DNA from: Trueperaceae bacterium
GTDB lineage: Bacteria; Deinococcota; Deinococci; Deinococcales; Trueperaceae
DNA: 64,000 bases
Assembly: GCA_965213705.1 (NCBI GenBank)
Contig: OZ243913.1
Coordinates: forward strand, 3,520,001 to 3,584,000
Direction of reading: 5' to 3'
Below, in pieces: positions 53,944 through 63,588 of this stretch. The notes below the pieces were generated by a model that was not told the DNA's origin, made no database searches, and worked only from the letters and a program-made list of their open reading frames with translations. The position numbers were made by a program, and so were the translations under genes. Numbering within the stretch: position 1 is the stretch's first letter; every line of letters starts with the position of its first letter.

Positions 53944-54246
53944 TTAGCCTACGACCGCGTGGATGTCGCGCTCGCTCAAAATCATCAGGTCTTTGCCGTC
54001 CAGGGTGAGTTCGGTGCCGCCGTACTTGGCGAACATGACCGTGTCGCCCTCTTTAACTTCCAACGCGACGCGCTCGCCGTTGTCGAGCATTTTGCCCGTG
54101 CCGACCGCGATGACCTTGCCGCGCTGGCTTTTCTCTTTTGCAGTGTCGGGTAAGACGATGCCGCTGCTCGTTTTTTGGGGCTCGTCGATGACTTCGACGA
54201 CGACTTTGTCACCGAGCGGTTTGAGCGTCATAGTGCTTGCTGCCAT
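53944..54246 (-). CDS. groS: Co-chaperonin GroES
   Basis: [26 protein letters not shown]. Confidence 0.99.
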   Translation of the reverse strand: MAASTMTLKPLGDKVVVEVIDEPQKTSSGIVLPDTAKEKSQRGKVIAVGTGKMLDNGERVALEVKEGDTVMFAKYGGTELTLDGKDLMILSERDIHAVVG

Positions 54247-54282
54247 AGTTTACCTCCGTGGGATGTTTTGATGTTTGGGTTT

Positions 54283-54309
54283 TTAGCACTCTTTATGTCC
54301 GAGTGCTAA
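54283..54309. promoter_or_regulatory. CIRCE (HrcA operator)
   Basis: TTAGCACTC-tttatgtcc-GAGTGCTAA, perfect consensus. Confidence 0.95.
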
Positions 54310-54318
54310 CCGCCGACC

Positions 54319-54348
54319 AGTCTAGCTCAGTCGAACCTCAGGTGTCAA
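54319..54348 (-). promoter_or_regulatory. groESL sigma70 promoter
   Basis: Minus strand TTGACA-N18-TAGACT. Confidence 0.75.
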
Positions 54349-54352
54349 GTAC

Positions 54353-54373
54353 CTTGAGTCTAAAACACTCATG
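54353..54373. promoter_or_regulatory. HAIR (HspR operator)
   Basis: CTTGAGT-ctaaaac-ACTCATG vs consensus CTTGAGT-N7-ACTCAAG (1 mismatch). Confidence 0.75.
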
Positions 54374-54409
54374 TTTTGTTGGTCTTACCTCAACCCGTGT
54401 CGGCGTCCG

Positions 54410-54886
54410 CTAACCGCGCCTGAGCCCGAGAACGAGACCGGGCACGAACGCCGCGGCGAAGGTGAGGTTGTAGGTGAGAACGTTGACGAGGCCCTGCCAC
54501 AAACGTTCCAACGAACCGCTGTCGAGGAGCGGGTCGACCCGATTTTGGACCTCCAACCAGTCAATGGTCACAAAACCGTAGTAGGCGAGTACCTGCAGCG
54601 CGACAAACAACAAGCCCAAAACAACGGCGGCAAGCTTGCCGACTTTCTTGAGTGCGTACCCGGCCGCAAACCCCGCCAGCGCGCCGAAACTGAGCTGCTG
54701 CAAGTAAGGCGCAGCGCTTTCCAGACTCGGGGCTGTCAGAGATGGGGTTGCTGGAGACGGGGTTTTCGGCGTCGACGTTGTCAAAGTCGACGTTATCAAA
54801 GTCGGTGTTGTCAAGGCCAGCATTGAGGTTGACGCTGTCAGGGTTTGAAGTGCCAGGGTTTGAAGTGTCAGGGTCGGCACAGCCAC
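54410..54886 (-). CDS. FUN14 family membrane protein with repetitive Thr/Ser/Pro N-terminus
   Basis: QLSFGALAGFAAGYALKKVGK..G..FVALQVLAYYGFVTIDW; TAGACT-N6-GTG start. Confidence 0.85.
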   Translation of the reverse strand: MAVPTLTLQTLALQTLTASTSMLALTTPTLITSTLTTSTPKTPSPATPSLTAPSLESAAPYLQQLSFGALAGFAAGYALKKVGKLAAVVLGLLFVALQVLAYYGFVTIDWLEVQNRVDPLLDSGSLERLWQGLVNVLTYNLTFAAAFVPGLVLGLRRG

Positions 54887-55129
54887 CGCGGGAGTCTAAC
54901 ACACCGGGGCCTGAGCACAGGATTTGAAGTACAGAGTTTGAAGTGCGGAGTTTAACCGCAGGGTGCGACGCAACTCAAACCAGCTTTGGAACACCAATTA
55001 GAACACCAAGGTGTCGTTCCGGCTGAGCCGGTTCCCGTCGCAGCGAGTGCGGTATCATGCTTTTTAGAGACGGTTGCTACGGGCTGGTTTTGAGAAACGG
55101 CCCGGCTGCCGAGTCAAGAGGAGACGAAC

Positions 55130-56311
55130 GTGACGGATACCCCCCAAACAGACACGGCGCTGGGGCGTGACCGCCGACTCGCCGATGTTTTACGCGGCGC
55201 GCGGCAGGCCAAGGGCTGGGAACTCAGTGACGTCGCTACGCGCACCCATGTTCGCAAAGAGTACCTGGCCGCTTTGGAAGAAGCGCGTTACGATAGTTTG
55301 CCCGAAGACATCTACGCCAAAAACTTCGTTCGGCTTTACGCGCAAGCGGTCGGCGTGCCGACGGCAAAAGCGCTCGAGCTGTACACCGTAGAGCGGCGCG
55401 GGGCCAGCGTACCCACGCTGCCCAACAGCTCGAGCGGCGAAGGCAAACTCGAAGCCGAAACCGACCGGGCCGAAGCGGCGCCGCGCCCGGCAACGTCCCG
55501 TCCGGCAGCCAAGCGCCGCGACCGGCCCGGTCTGGCCGTCGGCGCTTGGCTGCCCACGCTTCTCCTCGTTGTCGCCGTGGTGGGGTTGGCGTTGTGGGGG
55601 TTCAACAACCTGCTGTTTCGACCCACCCGGCAAGCGCCGCCGGTTGCCGACACCGCCGAAACCACCACCGAAACCACCGACGCCGACGCCCCGGCGGCGG
55701 ACACGATGGGCGACCTCGGGGCCGCCGGCGCCGACGCGGGTACCGAGTCGCCGGCCACCGGGTCGCCGGAAGGCGTTCCCCTGGTCGACGAGTCGTTGTC
55801 GCTCTTTACCCTGACGACCGACCCGCCCGGCGCGGAAGTGACGCTGGACGGCTTTCCGCTGCCCGGCACGACGCCTATCAGCGGACAACCCTTGACGCCC
55901 GGCGTCGGGCGCACGCTGCGCGTCACCTTGCCCGGCTATGAGACCTACGAAGCACCTATCGACGTGTCGAACGACCTGCGCTTGAGCGTCACCCTGACGC
56001 CGGTCGGCGCGGCGGAGAGCGAGACCGAAGCCGACGCGGGGGCCGTAGCGGGTGCGGAGACGGCCGTCCCGGGTCAGCTCACGGTCAACGTCGACGACAC
56101 GACCTGGTTGGAGGCCTACGCGAGCACCCAGCGCGGCGTCGGTGAGCGGCTCGTCTACACCACCGTCCAACCCGGCGCGACTTTTACTTTCGACTTACCC
56201 GTGTACCTGCATACCGGCAACGCCGCGGGCGTGCTCGTGACCAGGGACGGGCAGGACCTGGGACCGATGGGCTCAAGCGGCGAGGTCGTCAGCCGCGCCT
56301 ACCTCCCGTGA
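55130..56311 (+). CDS. RodZ-like protein (HTH_25, TM, PEGA, DUF4115)
   Basis: LRGARQAKG..LAALEEARYDSLPEDIYAKNFVRLYA; TM; TDPPGAEVTLDG..GTTP; TGNAAGV. Confidence 0.85.
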   Translation: MTDTPQTDTALGRDRRLADVLRGARQAKGWELSDVATRTHVRKEYLAALEEARYDSLPEDIYAKNFVRLYAQAVGVPTAKALELYTVERRGASVPTLPNSSSGEGKLEAETDRAEAAPRPATSRPAAKRRDRPGLAVGAWLPTLLLVVAVVGLALWGFNNLLFRPTRQAPPVADTAETTTETTDADAPAADTMGDLGAAGADAGTESPATGSPEGVPLVDESLSLFTLTTDPPGAEVTLDGFPLPGTTPISGQPLTPGVGRTLRVTLPGYETYEAPIDVSNDLRLSVTLTPVGAAESETEADAGAVAGAETAVPGQLTVNVDDTTWLEAYASTQRGVGERLVYTTVQPGATFTFDLPVYLHTGNAAGVLVTRDGQDLGPMGSSGEVVSRAYLP

Positions 56312-56335
56312 CGAGTTGTGCGGACAAGATCTCGG

Positions 56336-56400
56336 CCCACACTGTTTTGTACACCGTCTTACCCACTGTCTTGCACACCGTTTTACACGCCGTCTTGGCT
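56336..56400. repeat. Degenerate 12-nt tandem repeat
   Basis: cacactgttttg / tacaccgtctta / cccactgtcttg / cacaccgtttta / cacgccgtcttg. Confidence 0.6.
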
Positions 56401-56436
56401 CCACCGACGTGTACACAATTGTCGGGAAGTGCCTGA

Positions 56437-57594
56437 GTGGTCTGGTCGCTCGCCCTGAGTTCGCTGCGGCTGCGCCCGCTGCGCACCTTTTTGACCGCGC
56501 TCGGCATCGCGGTTGCGGTCGGCTCGATGGTGATTTTTCTGTCGCTCGGCGAAGGGCTGCGCCAAGCTTTCACAGAGCAAATCGGCAGCATCGGGCCGGA
56601 CTTGCAGGTTAGTTACGGCCCCTTCGACACGACGAGTTCGCTGACCTCGGTGCCCGAACTGCCGCTCAGCTACGTGGACGAACTCTATGCTAGGGCCGAC
56701 GAGTTCGGCATTCTTAAGGTCGTGCCGCTGCTGTTTTACGTCCGGGCCGGGTTCAGCGCCAGAGGTTCGTTCGTGTTCGAGGGCTTGCCGCCCGGCGAAA
56801 ACGTCGGCGACATCTACTACGACTACAAGGTTTTGGAAGGCCGCGGGCTGAACGCGGCGGACGAAACCGCGGGCGTCGCCGTCATCGGCAAGCAAGTCGC
56901 CGTGCGCAGCAACCTCACCCTCGGCGAAACCCTGCGGCTCAACCCGCGCCACAGCTTCGAAATCGTCGGCGTCGCCGAGTCCGAGGGCGGGCTCGTCGAC
57001 AACGCGATTTTGGTGCCCCTCAAAGCTCTACAAGCAGCTATCGACATAGACGACCGCGTAACGTTTCTGGCCCTCGACCTCACCGAGCCGGGGGCGGCGG
57101 CGGCGACGGCCGAAAAGTTGGCGGCGGCGTTTCCCGACCTCGGCTTTCAAACGCGGGGCGACGTGTTGGGCGTGCTCGAGCAGGGCGTGCGCATCACCGA
57201 CGTGGTGCGCTTAGGCATCAGCGCGATTGCCTTGATTGTCGGCGCGATTGCCGTCGCCAACACCATGCTGATGAGCGTGTTCGAGCGTACCAGGGAGTTC
57301 GGCGTGGTGCGCGCGGTCGGGGCGAAACCGGGCTTTTTATTCCGGCTGGTGCTCACCGAAGCCGTGGTGCTGAGCCTGTTGGGCGCGGTCGCCGGGGTGG
57401 TGTTGGGACGGCTCGGCATGGTGGTCGTCAACGACATCGCGCGGGGGCTTATCGGCCTCGCGGTCGCCGCGCTGACCCCGCGGCTGGTGCTGTTTTCGGT
57501 CGCGGTCGCGTTTGCGATGGGTTTGGTGTCCGGGCTGTTGCCCGCTTTTCGGGCGGCGCGCATTCCGGTCGCTGTAGCGATGGCTAGAGAGTAG
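56437..57594 (+). CDS. ABC transporter permease (MacB/FtsX-like)
   Basis: RPLRTFLTALGIAVAV, NTMLMSVFERTREFGV, PAFRAAR. Confidence 0.92.
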   Translation: MVWSLALSSLRLRPLRTFLTALGIAVAVGSMVIFLSLGEGLRQAFTEQIGSIGPDLQVSYGPFDTTSSLTSVPELPLSYVDELYARADEFGILKVVPLLFYVRAGFSARGSFVFEGLPPGENVGDIYYDYKVLEGRGLNAADETAGVAVIGKQVAVRSNLTLGETLRLNPRHSFEIVGVAESEGGLVDNAILVPLKALQAAIDIDDRVTFLALDLTEPGAAAATAEKLAAAFPDLGFQTRGDVLGVLEQGVRITDVVRLGISAIALIVGAIAVANTMLMSVFERTREFGVVRAVGAKPGFLFRLVLTEAVVLSLLGAVAGVVLGRLGMVVVNDIARGLIGLAVAALTPRLVLFSVAVAFAMGLVSGLLPAFRAARIPVAVAMARE

Positions 57595-57760
57595 TGCGGC
57601 CCGGCTTGTTACGCCGCACGTGTTTTGGTTGCGGTTCTCGCTTTTTGCGACGGCCCAAAAACGGCTTCGGTACGGCGCTCGTGATGGCGCAGTCGCGGAG
57701 TTGCTGTTTTTGGCGCAAGGTTGAGTCATAAGCCGCGCCGACCTGCTTCGCGCCGAAAGT

Positions 57761-58408
57761 TTGAGCAAAACCTACCTGTCCCCGGCGGGCAAGGTGGTCG
57801 CGCTCGAGGCTTTTTCCTATACCTTTGCAGCAGGCCGGGTCGTCGCCGTCATGGGGCCGTCGGGCTCGGGCAAGTCGACGCTACTCAACTTGCTCGCCGG
57901 TCTGGACACGCCGAGCGGGGGGCGGGTGTGGCTCGGCGACGCCGACCTGACCGCGCTGCCCGAAAGAGCGCGGGCCGAGGTGCGCCTGCACAAAATCGGT
58001 TTCGTGTTTCAGTCGTTCAACCTCGTCACGGTTTTAAACGCGCAACAAAACGTCGCTTTTCCGCTGGGTTTGGCAGGCGTCGAAAAGCGGCAGAGGACGG
58101 CGCGGGCTGTAAAGTTGCTGACGCGCTTCGGGCTCGAGCACCGCACCGCTCACCTACCTTACAAACTTTCAGGCGGCGAGAAGCAGCGCGTCGCCCTGGC
58201 GCGGGCGCTCGCCAACAACCCGGACGTCGTCTTCGCCGACGAGCCCACCGGCAACCTGGACTCCAAAAGTGGCGCAAGCGTCCTCGCGGCGCTGCGCTCG
58301 GTTGCCGACGAAGGGCGTACCGTCATCATCGTCACCCACGACGCGGGCGTAGCGGACTTGGCGGACGAAACCATCCAACTTCGCGACGGCCGCCGGGTCG
58401 ACCCTTAG
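57761..58408 (+). CDS. ABC transporter ATP-binding protein (start uncertain)
   Basis: GPSGSGKST, LSGGEKQRVALAR, FADEPTGNLD. Confidence 0.92.
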   Translation: MSKTYLSPAGKVVALEAFSYTFAAGRVVAVMGPSGSGKSTLLNLLAGLDTPSGGRVWLGDADLTALPERARAEVRLHKIGFVFQSFNLVTVLNAQQNVAFPLGLAGVEKRQRTARAVKLLTRFGLEHRTAHLPYKLSGGEKQRVALARALANNPDVVFADEPTGNLDSKSGASVLAALRSVADEGRTVIIVTHDAGVADLADETIQLRDGRRVDP

Positions 58409-58668
58409 GTTCCGTCGCCCGTTTCGGCCCACCTGCCAGGCTTTTTACCGTGTCACACGCGAGAACCGAGGAGCGTGGCGAGGTACGGGGACCGACCTGG
58501 GTTTGCCACAAGCCAGGACGGGTTTCTCGGAGCACAAAACATCGACTCAACCCGACCCAACCCGACAAGGAAGAGTGCGGCTTAAAACTCACCTCCAACC
58601 CCAACACCGGCTGACTTGGAAATTAAAAAAGCCCGACAAGACGCGGCGCTGTAAGCTATGCTGGACGC

Positions 58669-59955
58669 ATGAACGTCGCCAATCGGTTCGTCCACGTCGT
58701 CCTCTGCTCGAGCCTGCTTTTGGCTCTTGCTCAGGTTCAGGTTGCTCAGGCCCAGTTCGCCCAACCCCAAACCGCCCCGCAAACTGTCTCGCCCGAAACC
58801 CGGAGTGCCGTGGACATTTTCGTGAGGGCCTTCAACATGGGTGACAAGGCGACGCTCGCGGCGCTTTACCCCAGGGCCACGGGCGACACACTGCCTTTTG
58901 CAAATGCCCTGGGCAACGTTCAAATCGACCCCGACTCGGTCAGCATCGCCGAAGCTGTGTCGGGCAGCGCGCTGGTGCGCTTCGACTACCTGAATGACGA
59001 GGGCGCACGCACGCCGGGCACGCTCACGGTCGAGCGGTTGCAGGACGGGCGGCCGGTCGTTTGGGAACTGGGACCCGAACTGGCGTCGCTGGCCGCCCCG
59101 GCGGCGGGCTGGTCCAGCTGGAGCCCTTTGCTGCGGCGAGCTTTGGTCATCCTCGGCATCCCCGTCTTTTTGAGCTTGCTGTTCTTCGTTGGCGCGTTTC
59201 TTTACGGCCTTGTCCAGGAAGTCGTCTCACCGTCGGACGCTCGCCCGGACCCCAAAATCCGCTACGTGAACAAGCGCGAGTTTGAACCGTCGGTCTTAAA
59301 CTGGCTGCTCTCAGTCGTCGCTATTTATAAGGTGATGTGGGTCAACGTCATCGACCGCCTGCTGGACGACGAGGACATCGAACAAACCTTCAACAAGCGC
59401 GAGGTGTTGCAAAACGACTGGGGCGTTTATAACCGTCAGGACCTGCTGTCCGCCCTTATGGACTTGTACCACGAGGGCCACCGCCCGTCCATCCGGCAGG
59501 TTCAGGCGGAGAACCCGGTGTACCCGCAGGCCGACCCGCTCGCCTGGGACCTGGTGCGCTACCTCATGCTCTGCGCGGTCGGCGCGTCCATCAAGTACAT
59601 CGAGCCGGAAGAAGCGCACATGCTGATGTTGCCGGCGGGTAGAGCCCTGCAAGCGAGTTACGACAGCTGGGCCGACATGGCCGACGGCTTCTTGACCGGG
59701 CGCGCCGTGTGGTTGGGCAGACAGGGCGGCGGCGAAAAAAGCGAGTCGGAAATCGTCATGGAGAAAACCGTCAAGCTTTTGAAAACGGACGCCAAAAGTC
59801 CTTGGCAACGCGTCCCCTGGACCTTCCCCCTGCCCGAAGCGAATACCGAGACCTTCTTTACGCGCGTCTCGGAGAGCTACCTCAGTTACTACGCCCACCG
59901 CGACGAGCAAGACGACCCGCTGCCGACCACGCCGGAGGAGCGCACGGTAAATTGA
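58669..59955 (+). CDS. Membrane protein with C-terminal DUF1266-like domain
   Basis: Signal peptide, TM, then L..DWGVYNR, AWDLVR, YDSWADMADGFLTGRAVW, SPW..VPW. Confidence 0.75.
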   Translation: MNVANRFVHVVLCSSLLLALAQVQVAQAQFAQPQTAPQTVSPETRSAVDIFVRAFNMGDKATLAALYPRATGDTLPFANALGNVQIDPDSVSIAEAVSGSALVRFDYLNDEGARTPGTLTVERLQDGRPVVWELGPELASLAAPAAGWSSWSPLLRRALVILGIPVFLSLLFFVGAFLYGLVQEVVSPSDARPDPKIRYVNKREFEPSVLNWLLSVVAIYKVMWVNVIDRLLDDEDIEQTFNKREVLQNDWGVYNRQDLLSALMDLYHEGHRPSIRQVQAENPVYPQADPLAWDLVRYLMLCAVGASIKYIEPEEAHMLMLPAGRALQASYDSWADMADGFLTGRAVWLGRQGGGEKSESEIVMEKTVKLLKTDAKSPWQRVPWTFPLPEANTETFFTRVSESYLSYYAHRDEQDDPLPTTPEERTVN

Positions 59956-60142
59956 CGCCGGCAGTTCGGTGAGTGGGTCAGGGCTTTGTTGCGCCTCGTT
60001 TAAAACCTCCCCAATCCGAAGGGCGACCTTTTGAAAAGAGGCAAGTTCAAAAGCGGTAGGGTCTTAACCTTAAGTCGAGGAGCCAAACCAACACCCTCCC
60101 AGCTCGAGAACCCGTCACGCTCCCGAAAGGCGCGGTAAACTT

Positions 60143-60841
60143 GTGTGTGACACCGACTCGCGCACCTGCACCCACGACCCCGTGAACGAGTATTTTTTCT
60201 ACGACGACGTAAGCCCGGCGCAGATGGACACCCTGTGGGCGGGCGGCTGGCGGCACTTCGGGAGTTACTTTTTCCGCTACTCGAGCACGCAGCAAGAGGG
60301 CCGCACCTTTGCCGTTCTCCCGCTCCGTATGCGGCTGAGCGCGTTCGCAGCCAGCCGCAGCCAAACGAAAACCCTGAAACGCAACGCCGACCTGGAGGTG
60401 CGCGTCGTTCCCGCCTACGTCGACGCGGAGGTCGAAGCCTTGTTCGAACACCACAAAACGCGCTTTACCCACAACGTGCCTGAGTCCATCTACAGCTTCG
60501 TGTCGCACGAGCCCGACGAAGTGCCGTGCAGGTGCGTGAGCCTGTGCCTCTTCAAAGACGGGCGGCTCGTCGGCATCAGCTATCTCGGCGTGGGAAAGAC
60601 CGCCAGCTCGAGCGTCTACCAGTGCTTTGACCCCGAGGAGACGAAACGCAGCCTCGGCAACCTGATGATTTTGCTGAGCGTCGAGCACTCGCACTCTCTC
60701 GGCAAGACGCTTTACTACCCCGGCTACGCCTACAAAGAGCCGTCCCACTACGACTACAAGAAGAATTTTGCGGGGCTCGAGGCCTACGACTGGAAAACGG
60801 GAACATGGCCCCCGCTGCCGCGCTCCGGCGGGCAAGGATGA
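60143..60841 (+). CDS. Arginyl-tRNA-protein transferase family (ATE_N/ATE_C; Bpt-like)
   Basis: GWRHFGSYFFR, PLRMRLSAF..SRSQ...KRNADL, SSVYQCFDP..KRSLG, YYPGY...YDYKKNF. Confidence 0.88.
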   Translation: MCDTDSRTCTHDPVNEYFFYDDVSPAQMDTLWAGGWRHFGSYFFRYSSTQQEGRTFAVLPLRMRLSAFAASRSQTKTLKRNADLEVRVVPAYVDAEVEALFEHHKTRFTHNVPESIYSFVSHEPDEVPCRCVSLCLFKDGRLVGISYLGVGKTASSSVYQCFDPEETKRSLGNLMILLSVEHSHSLGKTLYYPGYAYKEPSHYDYKKNFAGLEAYDWKTGTWPPLPRSGGQG

Positions 60842-60897
60842 CGAGGCTGGGTTCGGCAGTTGACGGTCGGCAGACTGCGCAGCCATTATCCTGAACC

Positions 60898-61485
60898 ATG
60901 AGACTCTTTTTAACCGCTTCTCTCCTGCTCTTCGGTCTTGTGACGGCCCAGACCTCTTATGAACTGAAAGTTTTCGTCAACGGCGAGCCGGTCAGCTGGA
61001 CACTTGCGGACGGAGACAAGAGTGGCGAGGCTCTATCCGACGGTTTCACCACCGACCGGGACGCGGTGACCGTGTTTTTCGACGGCGGCAAGCTGGACCT
61101 CAACCTCGCCGACTGGGGCGCTTTCGACTACGCCCACGTGCTCGGCGCGACCTTTACCCAAACCGCGGCGGACACCTATACTGTGAGCGCCACCGTCCGC
61201 CACGACGACATGGGCTGGGACGACTACGCCGACGCCTTCGAAGTCAGAGGCGAACGAGTTGAAAACGGCCTGCGCGAACTCTTGCACCCGCACGTCGAGG
61301 AACAACCCTTTACGCGCTCTCAGACGGGTGTGGAAGCGTCGGGAGAGGTGTGGCTCGAGGCGAAAACGAATGTTACAGGCTCGGGCGGGAGCAAAATTTA
61401 CGTCCACTTACCAGTTTTTGAGCAAACAACCTTTGCACAAGCAGACAGCGTCCAAATCACTTACGAACTGACAACGTTGCCTTAG
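60898..61485 (+). CDS. Exported conserved hypothetical protein
   Basis: Signal peptide; VSATVRHDDMGWDDYAD..RELLHPHVEEQPFTRS; TATCCT-N5-ATG. Confidence 0.75.
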   Translation: MRLFLTASLLLFGLVTAQTSYELKVFVNGEPVSWTLADGDKSGEALSDGFTTDRDAVTVFFDGGKLDLNLADWGAFDYAHVLGATFTQTAADTYTVSATVRHDDMGWDDYADAFEVRGERVENGLRELLHPHVEEQPFTRSQTGVEASGEVWLEAKTNVTGSGGSKIYVHLPVFEQTTFAQADSVQITYELTTLP

Positions 61486-61566
61486 GCGGTGTGACGAGGT
61501 ACAGGCGTCATCGCGAAAGGGGCCGGGTTCGCCTAAACTGGTCGAAATCCTCTTGGAGTCTCGCCC

Positions 61567-62862
61567 ATGAGCCCCAGCTCCCCGTCGTCCAACTTCCCCT
61601 CGAGCGCGTCCGAAGCCTCACAACTTTGCCCGGCTTGCCAGGCGGTCTTGACCCTCGTCCCGGACTATCGCGTGTGGTGCGACCGCTGTGACTGGAACTT
61701 GCAGACGTCCGCCGAAAAGGTGGCCCTTTCGTCCCCGTTTGACAAGCTCTACCACAAGCTGAGCCAACGCTACGGCGAAACCCTCTTCAAAACCCTGACG
61801 CACACCCCGAACTTGCGACGGCCGTTCACGGTCGCCCGCCTCGTCACCTTCTTGCTCGCCACGCTGGTTCACGTCTTGTCCATAGGTTTGGTAGCGGTGG
61901 GGGTTTGGCTGCTTGCCCGGCACGGCACCAACCTGTTCGCCCTGTTCGGCAGTTTGGTGAGTTTTTGCCTGGCCTGGTTTGCGCGACCTAGGCTGGGCAA
62001 AATGCCCGAGGACCACGCCGAGCCGAGCGCGTTCCCGACCCTCTACAAGGTAACGCGCGAGGTCAGCGAAGCGCTTTCAACCACCGACGTTGCGGTGATT
62101 GAGATAAGTCCTTACTTCAACGCCAGCTTTAGACAAGTGGGGCTGAGGCAGAAAAAGGTGTTGAGTTTGGGTGCGCCGCTCCTCGCCGTTCTCAGCAGTG
62201 ACGAAATCGTCGCCCTGATAGCTCACGAACTGGCACACGGCGTCAACGGCGACCCGTTGCGCGGTCTTTACGTCGGCACCGCCGTCAACACGCTGTCGAA
62301 CTGGCACGACCTTTTGCACCCGCATACCCTGATAGGGAGTCCTATCGAAATCTTCATTTTGCCGCCGCGGCTCGTTTTCTACGGCCTGGCGAAAGCGTGC
62401 GAGGCGGTTGCGAACCTGATGTTGACCTTTTCCTGGCAAGACTCTCAGCGCGCCGAGTACTTGGCGGACTATCTCGCCGCCGGCGTCAGTGGCAGTGAAG
62501 CTCAACTCGGCGTGCTCGGAAAGCTTGCCTTCGGAGCGACGTTCCAAACGACGGCGCAGCAGTTCGCCTTGGGCCGACAAGACGGCGGCGACCTTTTCAA
62601 GGTGTTCGCCGAGAACGCGGCCAAGCTGCCCGAACGCGAACGGGTGCGTTTGCAGCGGCTCGAGCGCTTGCCCAGTTCGCGCGTCGACACGACGCACCCG
62701 CCGACCGTGTACCGCATCGACTTTCAAACCGCCCGCCCTCAAACGGCAAAAGTTCGGCTGTCCCCCGAAGAGGCGGCGGCGCTGAGCCAAGAGCTGAGCC
62801 GCGCCTATCCCAAACTGCAGAAACGACTCATCGACGCTTTCCGGGCGAGTCTGTACCGCTAA
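61567..62862 (+). CDS. M48 family zinc metallopeptidase with N-terminal zinc ribbon
   Basis: CPAC..WCDRC; IAHELAH; QRAEYLAD; DTTHPP. Confidence 0.9.
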   Translation: MSPSSPSSNFPSSASEASQLCPACQAVLTLVPDYRVWCDRCDWNLQTSAEKVALSSPFDKLYHKLSQRYGETLFKTLTHTPNLRRPFTVARLVTFLLATLVHVLSIGLVAVGVWLLARHGTNLFALFGSLVSFCLAWFARPRLGKMPEDHAEPSAFPTLYKVTREVSEALSTTDVAVIEISPYFNASFRQVGLRQKKVLSLGAPLLAVLSSDEIVALIAHELAHGVNGDPLRGLYVGTAVNTLSNWHDLLHPHTLIGSPIEIFILPPRLVFYGLAKACEAVANLMLTFSWQDSQRAEYLADYLAAGVSGSEAQLGVLGKLAFGATFQTTAQQFALGRQDGGDLFKVFAENAAKLPERERVRLQRLERLPSSRVDTTHPPTVYRIDFQTARPQTAKVRLSPEEAAALSQELSRAYPKLQKRLIDAFRASLYR

Positions 62863-62914
62863 CGTCTCTCAGGATGCCACCGGGCACAACCTTAAAACTA
62901 TCCAGTAAAAGCGT

Positions 62915-63520
62915 TTAAGTAAGCAGCTCGGACAGCGTTTCCGGCAACCACGCCCGCCTTACCTCGGCAAAAGCTCGCGGCGCAACCATGTCGAACAGTC
63001 CGTAGGATTGACGGTTCAGGTACTCGTCGCCTTCGGGCTCGGTATACACCTCGAGGCGCTTGTCTTTGAGGTTAACTATCCAATACTCACGAATCCCGTG
63101 CCGCGCGTACAGGGCGAGCTTTAACGTGCGGTCTTTCAGCAAAGTGCTGTCAGAAACCTCGATGAGCAGGAAAACGTCTTCCGGATGGGGATGGTCCGGG
63201 TACACTTTTTCGGGGTCGGCGACCAACATGACGTCCGGCTCCGGCAAATCTTTGTCAGTCACAGCGGATGATAAACGTAGTGGGCTCTGCACGACGACCT
63301 GAGCGTGTTCACTGAAAGCGGCGCTCATACGTCTGTTCAAGTGCGCCACGGCCGCGGCGTGCGGCGGGTTGACGGTCATGACGACGAGACGACCTCCCAA
63401 AAGTTCGACGCGCTTGTCTCCCAACACGCCCGCCCGCTCGAGTTCGAGCAGGTCTCGGTAGGTGAACTCGAGCAAGTCCAGCGCCGGTTCCGTTTTGAGT
63501 TGCTTTAGAGCCATCGTCAC
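62915..63520 (-). CDS. Uma2 family endonuclease
   Basis: RVELLGG, PEPD, LLIEVSDSTLLKDRTLKLALYA, EYWIVNL. Confidence 0.92.
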   Translation of the reverse strand: MTMALKQLKTEPALDLLEFTYRDLLELERAGVLGDKRVELLGGRLVVMTVNPPHAAAVAHLNRRMSAAFSEHAQVVVQSPLRLSSAVTDKDLPEPDVMLVADPEKVYPDHPHPEDVFLLIEVSDSTLLKDRTLKLALYARHGIREYWIVNLKDKRLEVYTEPEGDEYLNRQSYGLFDMVAPRAFAEVRRAWLPETLSELLT

Positions 63521-63588
63521 ACTATGTTAGCGCACAAGCTTGAATCAACAGCGTAAAACGAGCGGCGCTTTCCATCTTCAGTCTCGAT

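Noticed and set aside
56336..56400. Possible CRISPR or mini-array
   Set aside because: Degenerate 12-nt tandem units without spacers; no cas genes in the window.
57722..57760. ABC ATPase as a pseudogene lacking a proper start
   Set aside because: An in-frame stretch (ISRADLLRAES) precedes the TTG at 57761, but all catalytic motifs are intact. This is start ambiguity only.
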